Shown: in pieces, positions 35,334 to 45,957 of the stretch
How positions within the stretch are numbered: position 1 is the first letter of the stretch
How the letters are laid out: each line of letters opens with the position of its first letter
Assembly: GCA_000002445.1 (NCBI GenBank)
Contig: CP000068.1
Coordinates: forward strand, 512,001-576,000
Source: Trypanosoma brucei
Lineage: Eukaryota
Direction of reading: 5' to 3'
Length of the DNA stretch: 64,000 nt
Position numbers and translations under genes: made by a program
Notes under the pieces: generated by a model
The model's database searches: none
Told to the model about the DNA's origin: nothing
What the model saw: only the letters and a program-made list of their open reading frames with translations

Positions 35334-36830
35334 ATGTACGCAAAGGGTACGCGAGGTTTGCGTAACCTTGATGAGACACTCGCGGCGCTACGGCAGAATG
35401 CCCGCCAGGAAGCGCGTTTGACTCGGGAGGAATTACGACGCTACGTAATCCGTGAGGACATTCGCCGCCAGAATGCGGAACGTCGGTTTCAGCAGCAGGG
35501 GGAGTTGCTTAATGGTGCCCGCTCCGGTAATGTCACTTCGGCTTCTGTTGGGTGCGAGAGCGATGCGGCGCTGCCTGGTTGGTATGATGGCCAATTCGCC
35601 CCCCCTGATGCGGGAGATATGAACTCTGATGCCGCCATCCATCACGGTGATGCGGGTGATATCGTGGAGGATGTGACGGAACGGGTATCCCGGGCTGCAC
35701 ACACGCTTTACCCTCAGCTTCTCAATGAGATAGATGCTTGTGCTGTTGACCTATGGCCTCGGCAGCATGACTGTGTAGATGGAGATGAGGATGAAGAAAG
35801 CGTGCAAGTATTTAGTGGTGACTGTGTGGTGGAATGGAGTGGAAATAGATCACCTCTTTTGCTACGTTGCACGCGTCCTTCGAGTACCGGCTATCTTCCA
35901 CTAGTACCATCATCTACAGGGAAGGAAGTGCTGCCTCGCGGGCGGAGCGGTAACACATCGAAAGTAACCGAAACCAAACCACCGGTTGTTTGTTTTGATG
36001 GGGATATGTGTTCGAGGTTGTATGAGTATGATGGTGGGGCTGATCCACTGAAGTCTGCTCTGCTTTCCGCCAAACGAATGTGTGAAGGGCGAGGAGTTGT
36101 GTCGGGTAATTCACCCAGCGAAACGAAGGGTCCTTTAGCCCCCCAGCGGCCAACGAAGCGTTGTTGGGACCCACGAGCTGCCAACAAGCCTGTGCTACAC
36201 AGCGTAGGCACTGCTGTAGCTGAGAGCTCTGCGAAGTCTATTGCGAAGAAGATTCGCCAGTCAGTGAAGCAGCAGCCGCATGGTACGGGTGACAAGGGGA
36301 GTCAGGATGTATCGGAGCGCATTTTTGTTGAACCGCGAAGCTTCGTTACGGAGCCCAAGGGTGAAGAAGTTATTTATGTCCAAGTCGCACAACCGCTCAT
36401 GGCTCACTTCTGTGATGGTTGTGGTGCTTGTGCGGCGCGGGACGTAACCACCGGTCTGCCGGATTCGTGCACATCATGCGGTGAGACATTTGGTCCCGTG
36501 GCACCGATGCGGCGGTACATTTCATCAGATGATGATGGTGAGGGGTATTCAATGAACCGCACTGCGGCGCGCGGGAGGTCGGGGTCTTCAGAAGTGAAGG
36601 CGGATGTGGGAGTTGGTGGCTTGGAGGCGCACGGTGTTCCCCCTGATGTTTCACGTGCCAAATCTCACAGGGCAGCAACGATGGGAACTGAGGTGCAGAG
36701 GCCCTGTTCCGTTGGCGGTTCCGCTGTTGCCACACAGGCTGGTGCAAGAAATGGTCCAAAGCCCCTTCCGCTGACTGCAAAGGGACTTTACTTCCTTTAC
36801 TTGTGGGACCAAGCGGTGTCTCGCAGCTAA
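35334..36830 (+). CDS. hypothetical protein with a Cys cluster (possible zinc-binding)
   Basis: The track ORF opens with TTG 35205 and reads through a (GT)-rich tract. The first ATG is 35334 (MYAKGTRGL...). It contains CDGCGACAARDVTTGLPDSCTSCGETF. Confidence 0.45.
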   Translation: MYAKGTRGLRNLDETLAALRQNARQEARLTREELRRYVIREDIRRQNAERRFQQQGELLNGARSGNVTSASVGCESDAALPGWYDGQFAPPDAGDMNSDAAIHHGDAGDIVEDVTERVSRAAHTLYPQLLNEIDACAVDLWPRQHDCVDGDEDEESVQVFSGDCVVEWSGNRSPLLLRCTRPSSTGYLPLVPSSTGKEVLPRGRSGNTSKVTETKPPVVCFDGDMCSRLYEYDGGADPLKSALLSAKRMCEGRGVVSGNSPSETKGPLAPQRPTKRCWDPRAANKPVLHSVGTAVAESSAKSIAKKIRQSVKQQPHGTGDKGSQDVSERIFVEPRSFVTEPKGEEVIYVQVAQPLMAHFCDGCGACAARDVTTGLPDSCTSCGETFGPVAPMRRYISSDDDGEGYSMNRTAARGRSGSSEVKADVGVGGLEAHGVPPDVSRAKSHRAATMGTEVQRPCSVGGSAVATQAGARNGPKPLPLTAKGLYFLYLWDQAVSRS

Positions 36831-37452
36831 GATTTTTGTACTCATTCATGAGTAGAGAACTGTGGCTCCCTAATTGTGCCTCTAGTTTTATGGTTGATGC
36901 GTTTTATTTTTCCCTTTTCCCCCTTCTTGTTTGTTGCTTTGTTTTGTGGGAATTTGCAGTAGGGGAGGAATTGAGTGGTTGGACTGTGGTGGGGTGTCTC
37001 AACTTGCGTGAACGTCTAGCTGTACTGTGACGCTAGCAGTGGTGTACTTGACTTTGCGCGTGTTCATTGGTAGCGCAGAGAGGTGGAGTGATATTTCCTA
37101 ATCTGTTGTGTATACCTCCATCGCTTAACATAGGCGTGTGTGTGTGTGTGTGTGTGTTTCCGTCTGTTTTTCGTTGGTCGCTTCTCGTAAGCATTTTCTT
37201 TCTTTCCTTCCTGTCTTCTTTGATGAACCTATATGCACGTGTCAGAAGTGTTGGAACGTGTTAGTGGTGGTGTGCAGGGATTCAACCGGGGGTGCGCTGA
37301 AACGCGTGGAGCGGATAGGAGATCTTTGGTAATTCACCATATTTTGCCTCTTGTATTCTGTTGGCATTCTTGGGCGGCGGTATAATCGCGCTGAGTCTGT
37401 GCGTACTAACCCATCCTCGTTCTGTTTTTCTCCGGTCTTCGGCGTTCGAGCA

Positions 37453-39438
37453 ATGCGGAGTTATGTATTTGGCCAACTGTGTTGGATATGCAGGGTCACG
37501 GTGGAGCTCCTCATGGCGATGGGAACGGGGGCAAAGTGGATGTTCATGCTTACGCGCCTAGTCATCTTTGCTTTTATGAGCTTCTCGTACTTTGTTCCGA
37601 TGGTTTATTGGTACTTCTCTTCTCCCAACATCATTCATCGAGTGGCGTATCGGTCCGCCAAAAGAAGCAGACAACGTGTTCCGAGGATAGAGCCCGGACG
37701 TGCACTGGGATCGAAGAGAACTGTGGGGAGCACAGGATTTGAGAACTGTCCGAAGGTGGAGGAGCCGGATGACATTGATACCCTGAAAAGCTTGGTGACG
37801 CCGCTCCTGTTGTCACGGGATGGTAGAAACTCGGAAGCGACATGTTCAGTTGAATGTGCGGTAAATGACGATCCAAAGCAGGGAACTACTTCCTCTATCC
37901 TTTCTGACGAGTTGCGGGGCTCGTGCGGAGGCTCGGTGGCTTTCAGTTCGGTGTATTTGGGTGGGGAAAGGAATGGGAATGGGACAATCAGCGAAAGAAC
38001 AAAGGAAACCCGGTGTGACAATCCACTGGAGGACGTTGTTTCAAGCGATGATGATGAGGATAGGCAGAACTTAAACAATCGCGCCCGCCTCGATATATAT
38101 CTTCCCGTGTCACCCGATTCGTCGTCCAACCCAACGGAAGGCGAAGGAACCCCTTCCGCGGGAGTAGAAAATAAGAAATCTCCTATCGTTATTTGTATTT
38201 CTGGTGGTGCGTGGATTGTTGGGTGCTACCTGTGGAGCGGGTTAGTAGCGAGGCTTCTAGCGACTCGGGGCTATGCTGTGTTTTGTCCCGACTATCGTAA
38301 CTTCCCCCAAACAGACATGGAAGGGATGGTTGTTGACATTTCCGATGCCATTGCTTGGGTGGTGCACAACGCCGACCGGTACAACGGGGATGTAAGCAAC
38401 ATAACCCTTGTGGGGCAGTCCGCTGGTGCACATCTTTCGCTCATGTCACTTCTCTCACAAGCGCATCTACACGCTGAAGAGGCCTCCGGAGGGGAACCAC
38501 CAAGCGGCGCAGCGTATTACGTCAAGCGGTACAACCCCCGTACTTCCATTCGCCGATACATTGGGCTAAGTGGAATATACAATCTTCAAGAGCTTGTTCC
38601 TCACTTTGATAAGCGCGGTCTCTACAGCAGCGTGCTCTATAGAATCGCTGGTGGGGAGGATAAATTGGCGAACTTCTCACCTACTGCGTATTTTGGTCCG
38701 AAAGTGCTCGGTAGCACCGAAGAGTCGCTTCCAGAGAATATATTTGACTTTCTCCCGAGGTATATATACTTTCTTCATGGTGATGCAGACGAGAGTGCAC
38801 CCCTGTCTGAGTCAGCGGATATTGCTTTCGCCATGCGTGAGAAGCAGCGGCTCCTGACAAGGCGTAGGTGTGGGAAAAGTGTGGGAAGATGTGCCCCATT
38901 TTTCACTTGCGACTCCTCGAGTTCTATCCCGTGCCAACATACTCATTGTTCGCCCTCTCATATGAGTTCCGATGAGAATGGTATGACCAGCATTAGTCCC
39001 TGTGCATCATTTGCCAGTGGGGAACCGAAACATCAGTCCAATGGCGGAATACGTGGGCGGGGGTCGTCGGAGTCGAGTGACAAGGAACACAGAGCTTCAG
39101 CGGTTGAGATTCGGTGGGTGAAAATACCGGACGCTTCCCACACCGATCCTTTTGTGGAGGAGGTGTTAGTGGGTCATCAGAGCTCACTTGTGGAATTTAT
39201 TGTCAAACAAGATGATTACCTGGTGCCGGGTCATCGGTGGGAAATAGAGGCAGAATCCAGCGAACCAGACGAGGATGAGTGCAACGGCGCAACTGTTAAC
39301 ACGCCTGGGGATTCCCCAGCAGAGTATTCGGATTCTGTGACCCCAGTGATGCTTCCCGATGCCATTTTGCCACTTCGTGTTCCTCACGAGTCGCGCCCGC
39401 TGTTGATGCGAGCTGCTTCATACGTGTGCCCATTCTAG
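37453..39438 (+). CDS. alpha/beta-hydrolase, isoprenylcysteine-methylesterase-like / carboxylesterase family, with N-terminal transmembrane helices
   Basis: The track ORF opens with TTG 37351; the first ATG is 37453. Hydrophobic N-terminal helices are present (LTRLVIFAFMSFSYFVPMVYWYF). The HGGxW-type oxyanion motif appears as ICISGGAWIVGCYLWSG. The nucleophile elbow is VGQSAGAHL (GxSxG). The architecture resembles plant ICME / arylacetamide-deacetylase-type esterases. Confidence 0.65.
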   Translation: MRSYVFGQLCWICRVTVELLMAMGTGAKWMFMLTRLVIFAFMSFSYFVPMVYWYFSSPNIIHRVAYRSAKRSRQRVPRIEPGRALGSKRTVGSTGFENCPKVEEPDDIDTLKSLVTPLLLSRDGRNSEATCSVECAVNDDPKQGTTSSILSDELRGSCGGSVAFSSVYLGGERNGNGTISERTKETRCDNPLEDVVSSDDDEDRQNLNNRARLDIYLPVSPDSSSNPTEGEGTPSAGVENKKSPIVICISGGAWIVGCYLWSGLVARLLATRGYAVFCPDYRNFPQTDMEGMVVDISDAIAWVVHNADRYNGDVSNITLVGQSAGAHLSLMSLLSQAHLHAEEASGGEPPSGAAYYVKRYNPRTSIRRYIGLSGIYNLQELVPHFDKRGLYSSVLYRIAGGEDKLANFSPTAYFGPKVLGSTEESLPENIFDFLPRYIYFLHGDADESAPLSESADIAFAMREKQRLLTRRRCGKSVGRCAPFFTCDSSSSIPCQHTHCSPSHMSSDENGMTSISPCASFASGEPKHQSNGGIRGRGSSESSDKEHRASAVEIRWVKIPDASHTDPFVEEVLVGHQSSLVEFIVKQDDYLVPGHRWEIEAESSEPDEDECNGATVNTPGDSPAEYSDSVTPVMLPDAILPLRVPHESRPLLMRAASYVCPF

Positions 39439-40899
39439 CTGGTAGTTTACATTCTGTTCTTGTCAAGGTTGCTTCATGCATATACACGCTCTCACATGTA
39501 TATATATTTATATATGTGATTTCGCTGTTTTTTTTTCTTTAGCTGTTGTGGGACGCTACTTTCGTTTAAGCAGAATATTTCATGTTTTAGCGATCTCGGT
39601 TAAATATTTGTTGTTGTGGCCAACATCACCCTCTCCGTTTGTTTTTCGATTCACCTCTATGAGGTTTTGGCTAAATGTGTTGGTAGGGCCTAATCAACGC
39701 TACGTAAGGGTGCCCATTTGCCCTATCCTTTTTTCAAAGTGAGTCTAGGTTCTCTTCGTCTGTTTCCACGCAGTCTGTAAAGATTGATTTCTCACTCCTG
39801 AGTTTTTTTTTCCCGCCCCTCTTCCTTCCTTCCTTCCTTCCTTTTTTTTTTCATCGCAGCGGTTTAAGGAAGGCATGCGTTTTTCCAGTACTAACTTTTG
39901 TCCCCGTAGCATTGTACGCGCGTGTGTGTGCCGACGCCTTGGCCTCTTCTTTCTTCCCGTAGACACTTCAAAATTTTATTGTTCTTTGTTGCAATGTTTT
40001 AGTACGATGCTTTGGTGTACACATAAATGTATTTCGGTGTGCACATATATTTATATAAGTGTATGTATATATGTTTGTTTAATTATAATTGATGGATGTT
40101 GATGCGACACCTTTCTCTTGTTGTGGGATATATATGTCCTCCAGTTTTTTTTTTTTTTTACAGGGGCAGCGTGTTTGTAAGTGGGGAATAAGGCAAGCCA
40201 AAGTCACCCGAGGCGACTGTGGAAGACATTTATTACCACTACCATCATCATTGATTACCTTTTCTTATTAGTTTTGGTCGGCAATGCTTGAGGTCATTTC
40301 TGATATCTACTGTTATTTAATTTCTCTCATGTGGCACGTTCGATGAAAAGGGAAATAATGTAATTTGAAGAAACTCACACGCTCAGGCAGGAGAGTTAGT
40401 AAATGGCTGTTGCGCTGATGTGTGTTTCGTGGCCGCTAATTATGAGACGGTGTCAAACCGTGTTGCCTTCGGTGTATATTTGCGTTTTTTTTGTTTTTAT
40501 ATCCTGTTTGCGCCTTGTTTTTGTTTTTGTTTTTGTTTTTGTTTTTTTTCTTTTTACACGCTTACTTTTGAAGCGATTCAGCCACCTCCTCCCTTTCCTT
40601 TTCCCTCTGTGTTCCCGCAGTTGTCTCTCCCGGGAGAGAAATCACTTGGTCGTCACCGTTTAAATAACCTTCGTGTGTGACGTTTGTTGAGGTTCGTTGC
40701 CGCTTTATGTGGTTTTAGTCGGTTCGGAAGAAGGGAAGTGGTACAGTGAGTGTGGTGTGGGTTATCTGTACCTCTGTTGCTATCGTTGTTGGTTCCTTAT
40801 ACTTTACCATACGCCTCGCATGCGTTTTGAGTCGTCCACGCCCGAACGTATTTCAGGGAGGAAAGTAATTAGTGTGCGTGAGGTCCTCGGTGCCGTTGC

Positions 40900-43002
40900 A
40901 TGGACAACCAAGGTGATGCTGATACTCAGTATGTACCAGGTGACCGATATCCTCTCGAGTTGGCAGCAACGGAAGACTCCCAGTTGGTGTCTACTCGCAA
41001 CAATGAGTTGCCGCGGCGCATTTTAGTTGTGTGTCCTTACCGTTATACTTACCGAGCTCCCGTGAAGGGAAGGTGGGTGGGCTTACCGTTGCTCACGGTG
41101 TTTGTCAAGGAATTTGCGTACATTCCCGAAGCGTCGTCTGCTTGTTTGGCGGCAACTTTTAATGCTCCACAAGCTTGCCTCGACCCGCGTGTAACTATTC
41201 CCGCGTACGTCAATGAACTTGTGAACGGTGCGCTCAGGCTTCACGGACGGGAAGCAGAATGCCGCGCAGCGGGGCGTGCCTACACCGAGGAACTGAGCCG
41301 TATTTTGCATTCCACAACGTTAGCGCTGGCGACACGGGAGAGCTTTCCTGCGAGCGTGGGACATGAAGGAGCGCTCTGTGTCCGCGAAACCCAGCGAGTG
41401 CAAGATGGTGAGAGGGGCGAGGCACTGGGGGAAGGATCTGAAGTGGACTTGATCTCCTTGTTAAACACATTTCCACCTCGTCTTGTGCTTCGTCAGCGGG
41501 ATGTTATCCTGCACGATGTGCAGAGGCATGAGGCTCCCATGCCGTTTGGCGAGCCGCTTCTTATCCTGCGCTACGATCACACCACTCATGGGGCGTCAGG
41601 GCATCGTTTATTGGTACTGAAAAAGCCCTGTGGCATACCGGTTCACCCTTCCGGTCGTTGTCGCAAGAACACCGTCACTTCCATTCTTGAAGACGTGTTC
41701 GGTGGTGTAGACGCCCACCGCTATCATGCTGTTCCGCACGACGGAGATGATGGTGGGTCAACCCTAGAACCTGGAGTACAAAGTATTGCGATACGACATA
41801 AGTTGCATGATTTTGAGCTCATTCGTGTATGGGTGGGCGAGGGTTACGTAAGTTGCTCGGCATGGGAGGAGCTGCAAGCCATGATACAGCAGGAAACCAG
41901 CCCCGTTGGTGGTGGGAATGCCAAACTTAAGGTATACGTTGTTCATCGACTTGATAGTGGTACAAGTGGTGTACTGTTATTTGGACTTGACTCCACGAGT
42001 GCGCGAATGACGGCGGAGTTATTGTCGCAGAAGGATGATAAAGACGTAGCTGAGATCTCTTCTTCTGAGGGTGTAGCAGCAAATTCGACCGCTCCGACGA
42101 AAGAGCTAGGGTGTACAAAACAATATCTTGCTAGGGTTCACGGTCGCTTTGATGCTGCGAAGATTGCCGAAGATCAGCACAACTGTTCCCTTGTTTCTTA
42201 CACACATTCCTCACAACGAAGTGCTTGCAATAGCGGCTCCGTTGGCTGGCTGTGCATCGATAGACCCATTGGATGTTACTCTTACCACGACAGTTTGTAC
42301 TGGTGCCCTGGTGCACCCCAAATCAACTCGTGGTTGGAAGAGCGTGAAAAGAACGGAATGGTGGAATCTTCGGAGCGAAACCACAAAGAGAGTGAAGAGA
42401 CGTCAGAACGTCCATCTCCAATCAGGGGTAAGCGACCCAAATACAAAAACACCGATGAGCTGGAGGCCAAGCACACACGAATGAAAAAGTTAACAATCGG
42501 TCTACGCGGTGCGCATCTAACTGGCGAAGAAACAGACTATGATGAAGGAAATATTGAATGCCAAACCTCAACAGGGGAACGACAGCTACGTGAAACATTG
42601 AAACGAGCTACAACCCTTGTTAGACGTTGGTCATATGATGAGGACCTCGACGAATCGGTGGTGGAGTGTGTTCTGTTGACTGGACGCACCCATCAAGTGC
42701 GTGTCCACTTGGCGTCTGTTGGACATCCTATAGTCGACGACCACAAGTATATTCACCACCTTTCAAGGAATACACCATTTACGGGGAATTACCGGAAGGA
42801 AGTAAAATCCCGGTCGCCGCCCTATCCTTCAACGATCCCACACGTAGCAAGCAACTGTTCATCGGTAACCACTCAGGGAATATTTCTCCATGCCTGGCGA
42901 TACACATTGCAATATAAAAACAGCGAAACACCTGAAACATTAGAAGCCCCGCTTCCTGCATGGGCAAAGAATGCAGACCTCCGATCGGATGGAAACCACT
43001 GA
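40900..43002 (+). CDS. RluA-family pseudouridine synthase
   Basis: It is ATG-initiated. The catalytic motif is HRLDSGTSGVLLFGLD (HRLDxxTSG) and the motif III is LLTGRTHQVRVHLASVGHPIVDDHKY. Both are diagnostic of RluA/TruC-type psi synthases. It has long insertions typical of trypanosomatid orthologues. Confidence 0.8.
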   Translation: MDNQGDADTQYVPGDRYPLELAATEDSQLVSTRNNELPRRILVVCPYRYTYRAPVKGRWVGLPLLTVFVKEFAYIPEASSACLAATFNAPQACLDPRVTIPAYVNELVNGALRLHGREAECRAAGRAYTEELSRILHSTTLALATRESFPASVGHEGALCVRETQRVQDGERGEALGEGSEVDLISLLNTFPPRLVLRQRDVILHDVQRHEAPMPFGEPLLILRYDHTTHGASGHRLLVLKKPCGIPVHPSGRCRKNTVTSILEDVFGGVDAHRYHAVPHDGDDGGSTLEPGVQSIAIRHKLHDFELIRVWVGEGYVSCSAWEELQAMIQQETSPVGGGNAKLKVYVVHRLDSGTSGVLLFGLDSTSARMTAELLSQKDDKDVAEISSSEGVAANSTAPTKELGCTKQYLARVHGRFDAAKIAEDQHNCSLVSYTHSSQRSACNSGSVGWLCIDRPIGCYSYHDSLYWCPGAPQINSWLEEREKNGMVESSERNHKESEETSERPSPIRGKRPKYKNTDELEAKHTRMKKLTIGLRGAHLTGEETDYDEGNIECQTSTGERQLRETLKRATTLVRRWSYDEDLDESVVECVLLTGRTHQVRVHLASVGHPIVDDHKYIHHLSRNTPFTGNYRKEVKSRSPPYPSTIPHVASNCSSVTTQGIFLHAWRYTLQYKNSETPETLEAPLPAWAKNADLRSDGNH

Positions 43003-43359
43003 GAGGGAAAGAAAAGTGGGAAGATACGAAGTAACTTACTTTAATAAGAGAAAAGGTATATGAGAAATACTCTAATAAAAAGTAATTAAACATCATTCTA
43101 AAATGGCAAAATCACATAGAAAACTGTTAACCATTGATTCCACTAATGCTTTTCTAGCAGTTTTTGCTGATTGTTACACTTAAAAGTTCTTTTTAATTAA
43201 TTGTTAATCAATTTTTTTGTGTTAAATGTTGTCAGAGTTCTGATTTTCAGAAAAGCAAGTAAACAGATATTAGTCAGTTCGAAGCTTAGGAAGCGAAAAC
43301 AAGCGTTGTGTAAAGGCGGAAACGATAATAATATTTCTGTTTTCACTTTTCTGCGAGAC

Positions 43360-44763
43360 ATGTCATCGGTGGGAATCGAGTGGAGCGCCCTTTCACTCCC
43401 TGTTGAAGGGGAAGTGGTGTTCGCTTCCTTTGTCTCGCTTATATGTCCACTGGACGGACGACGTGAAGGTGATGATGTGAGTAAGAAATGTTCTGCAGCC
43501 TCCGTTCTGTGTAATGAATGTGCTAACGCGATTGTATGTGTTCTTAAGGACCGTGAAGTTGCTTTCTTTGACCTGGCGGACGAATCTGCTGGCCCCCGGG
43601 AGGTCCGGCGCATTGGGGCTACTCCCCCGCTTCTCGTTTCCCGTTTCATGCGCAACGCCGATCCGTCAGTTGCAACGTGTGCGACGCTGCTGCCGAAGGA
43701 CGTTTCATTCATGTGCCGTGTACCGCCTGCAGCAGTGGAGAGGGTTTCCTCTTCAGATCCATCTGCTGGTCCTCACGATGGAGGTGCGGGTGCGGCGCAT
43801 TCAGTGAGAGGGACGGTGTACCTGTGTGGTGCTGTTGGTACCAGTGATGGACGCGTGGATGTGTTCTCTGAGGAGGGCTACGTGTTTGGGTTTGTCGCCA
43901 GCGATGGCCCTGTGGTTGCTGTGAGCGTCATCTACAGTACGAGCTTTTCCTCTGGCGGGTGTGCGGGTGTCAAGAGCTGGGAACAAATTCAACCTTCTGG
44001 TGTGTCGCTACCTGCGGAGGGTAGTGACGAGGAGCGTACTCTGGATCGTGCAACGGCAAACCTGGGTTTCGTGACGACTAATGCAGACGGTGTTGTGTCT
44101 GTTTGGCGCCAGGACGGTTGTGGGTTGAAGCCTGCTGTGTTTGGCAGCAGCGCGCTTTTCTCTCGGGTGTTTTGCTCGCGTGTAGTGCAGCCAAGCAGTC
44201 GTGACTGGCTGCTGAGTGGTACGGAAGTAACAAGGACACCATTCATTGTACACACATCGCCAGGTCTCACGGCTGACTTGTGTGCACGGAGCGCAGTGAC
44301 GTTTGAGGATGTGGAGAGCCGAGTGCGCCTCCCCGGGAATATGTTGACACGCACAACCGCGATTGCGTCGGATGGGGACTCGGCACTAGTGGCGAGGGGG
44401 CGATCAGTGTTCCACGTTACATTCTCTGGCTCTTCCTGCGACCTTGTTTGCACGGCCGACTGCAACGTGGACGGCCTGCACTTGCCTGGCAGTGGTCCCC
44501 AGAAAGAGGGCGGAGCGGCCCTAGCAGCTGCATGCGATGTGAAGGGGACGGTATATGTTCTGTGTGGGCAGCCGCTCTCTGTGCTTGGTCGCTACAGTGC
44601 TACGGGCGGTGGTCCTATTCGTTCCTTGTCTATCTGTGCGGTGTCGCGGCTTGTTACGATTGTTGGCGGCGATGGCACGGTGGATGTTGTACTGGTGCCT
44701 ACGGATGCCGATTCTGTTCCAACCGCGACCGTACACCAAGCCCTCGCATCGCTTCCTCGTTAG
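43360..44763 (+). CDS. hypothetical protein
   Basis: The track ORF opens with TTG 43201 in an AT-rich spacer; the first ATG is 43360 (MSSVGIEW...). The coding-like frame is about 1.4 kb. No domain is recognised; it may be beta-rich. Confidence 0.45.
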   Translation: MSSVGIEWSALSLPVEGEVVFASFVSLICPLDGRREGDDVSKKCSAASVLCNECANAIVCVLKDREVAFFDLADESAGPREVRRIGATPPLLVSRFMRNADPSVATCATLLPKDVSFMCRVPPAAVERVSSSDPSAGPHDGGAGAAHSVRGTVYLCGAVGTSDGRVDVFSEEGYVFGFVASDGPVVAVSVIYSTSFSSGGCAGVKSWEQIQPSGVSLPAEGSDEERTLDRATANLGFVTTNADGVVSVWRQDGCGLKPAVFGSSALFSRVFCSRVVQPSSRDWLLSGTEVTRTPFIVHTSPGLTADLCARSAVTFEDVESRVRLPGNMLTRTTAIASDGDSALVARGRSVFHVTFSGSSCDLVCTADCNVDGLHLPGSGPQKEGGAALAAACDVKGTVYVLCGQPLSVLGRYSATGGGPIRSLSICAVSRLVTIVGGDGTVDVVLVPTDADSVPTATVHQALASLPR

Positions 44764-45957
44764 TAATAGTTTCCGCTGTTAGTACATGTGGTGAACTTGT
44801 GGGGTGGGGTGGCTGAAGAATACCCCGCTTCTCATCATCCTCCTTTTTTTTCCCTTTTATTTTTAGTTCACTGTTTAATTTGTTCCTCATTCCAAGTGTT
44901 TTCTTTCTTGTGGCATTACCGTGTCGGTGAAAGAATGGCTTTGTTACAGTGGCACCCGCAGTACAGTGTGCTGTTGTAATGCAATTCCTTGGCTTCGCAG
45001 CCTTAACTATGACGTCTGTGAAGGGTTGTGATTGCGGCGCCGTTTTGTTTACTGTCAATCCTTCAATTGCATTACACCTTTCGCACAACTGGGGTGAGGC
45101 TGCATAGTAATAAGTATAACATTGGTTTCTAAACTCTGAATATGGCATGGGAGCCCAAGGGTCGTAAGTCCCTTGCCGCAACCATTGCGTCCTTTTCCCC
45201 CTTCATATGTTCTTTCATCTTTTTGAATGCCTAATTGTCTTTACGGGATTGCCGATAGTGCGATGTGTGGTGTGTGGCGGTTTCTTCGCTCGGAATGCGC
45301 ACTTACTCGCGGGTGCACACTCACATGGTATTATGTATTTACTGCCCCCCCCTTGTTTTTGATCATGATTTTCTTGCTTAACCCGCTTCCTCCCTCCACC
45401 ATTAGTGACTTCCCGTTATCTTTTCTACGCTGATCTGCTCTAAGTGTACATTCCCGCCCTTTACAACTTAACCAGTGTTTTTAGGGTTGCATGTGACACG
45501 TACTTTCGGCCGCTGTGTTCGTTCGTTGGTACTGTGCTAATCGCAGCTCTAAATGACTGCTACCTCGGGAGCAGGGAATGATTTCTGCGGGTTATTGTGC
45601 AGTGCTCACAGCTTATCCTTGATTGCCGACCTAATGGTGTTAGTGGTGAGACTTCGTTCTCTTGGCGCTGTTGTTGGTCACTCAACTCTTTTGTATTGAT
45701 TGCCCACAGTATGCAACCACTTGCTGTGGTTGTGGCTTTTTCATTTTTTGCTCCGTGGTGTTTCTGCAGTGTCGCTTCCACTACCTTGTTCTTTCTCCCT
45801 CTGTCTTTGCCCTCCCCCTCTTTGTCCTTGTCCTCGCCCGTCTGCATGTATTGCTACGGACGCTGAAATGTTTGAGCATATGTCCTACAATGGTGTTGTG
45901 ACGTTTATAAGTTTTGTTAGGGTTAGGGGTGTGTATAATAGGTAGTGCCGGCGGTGC

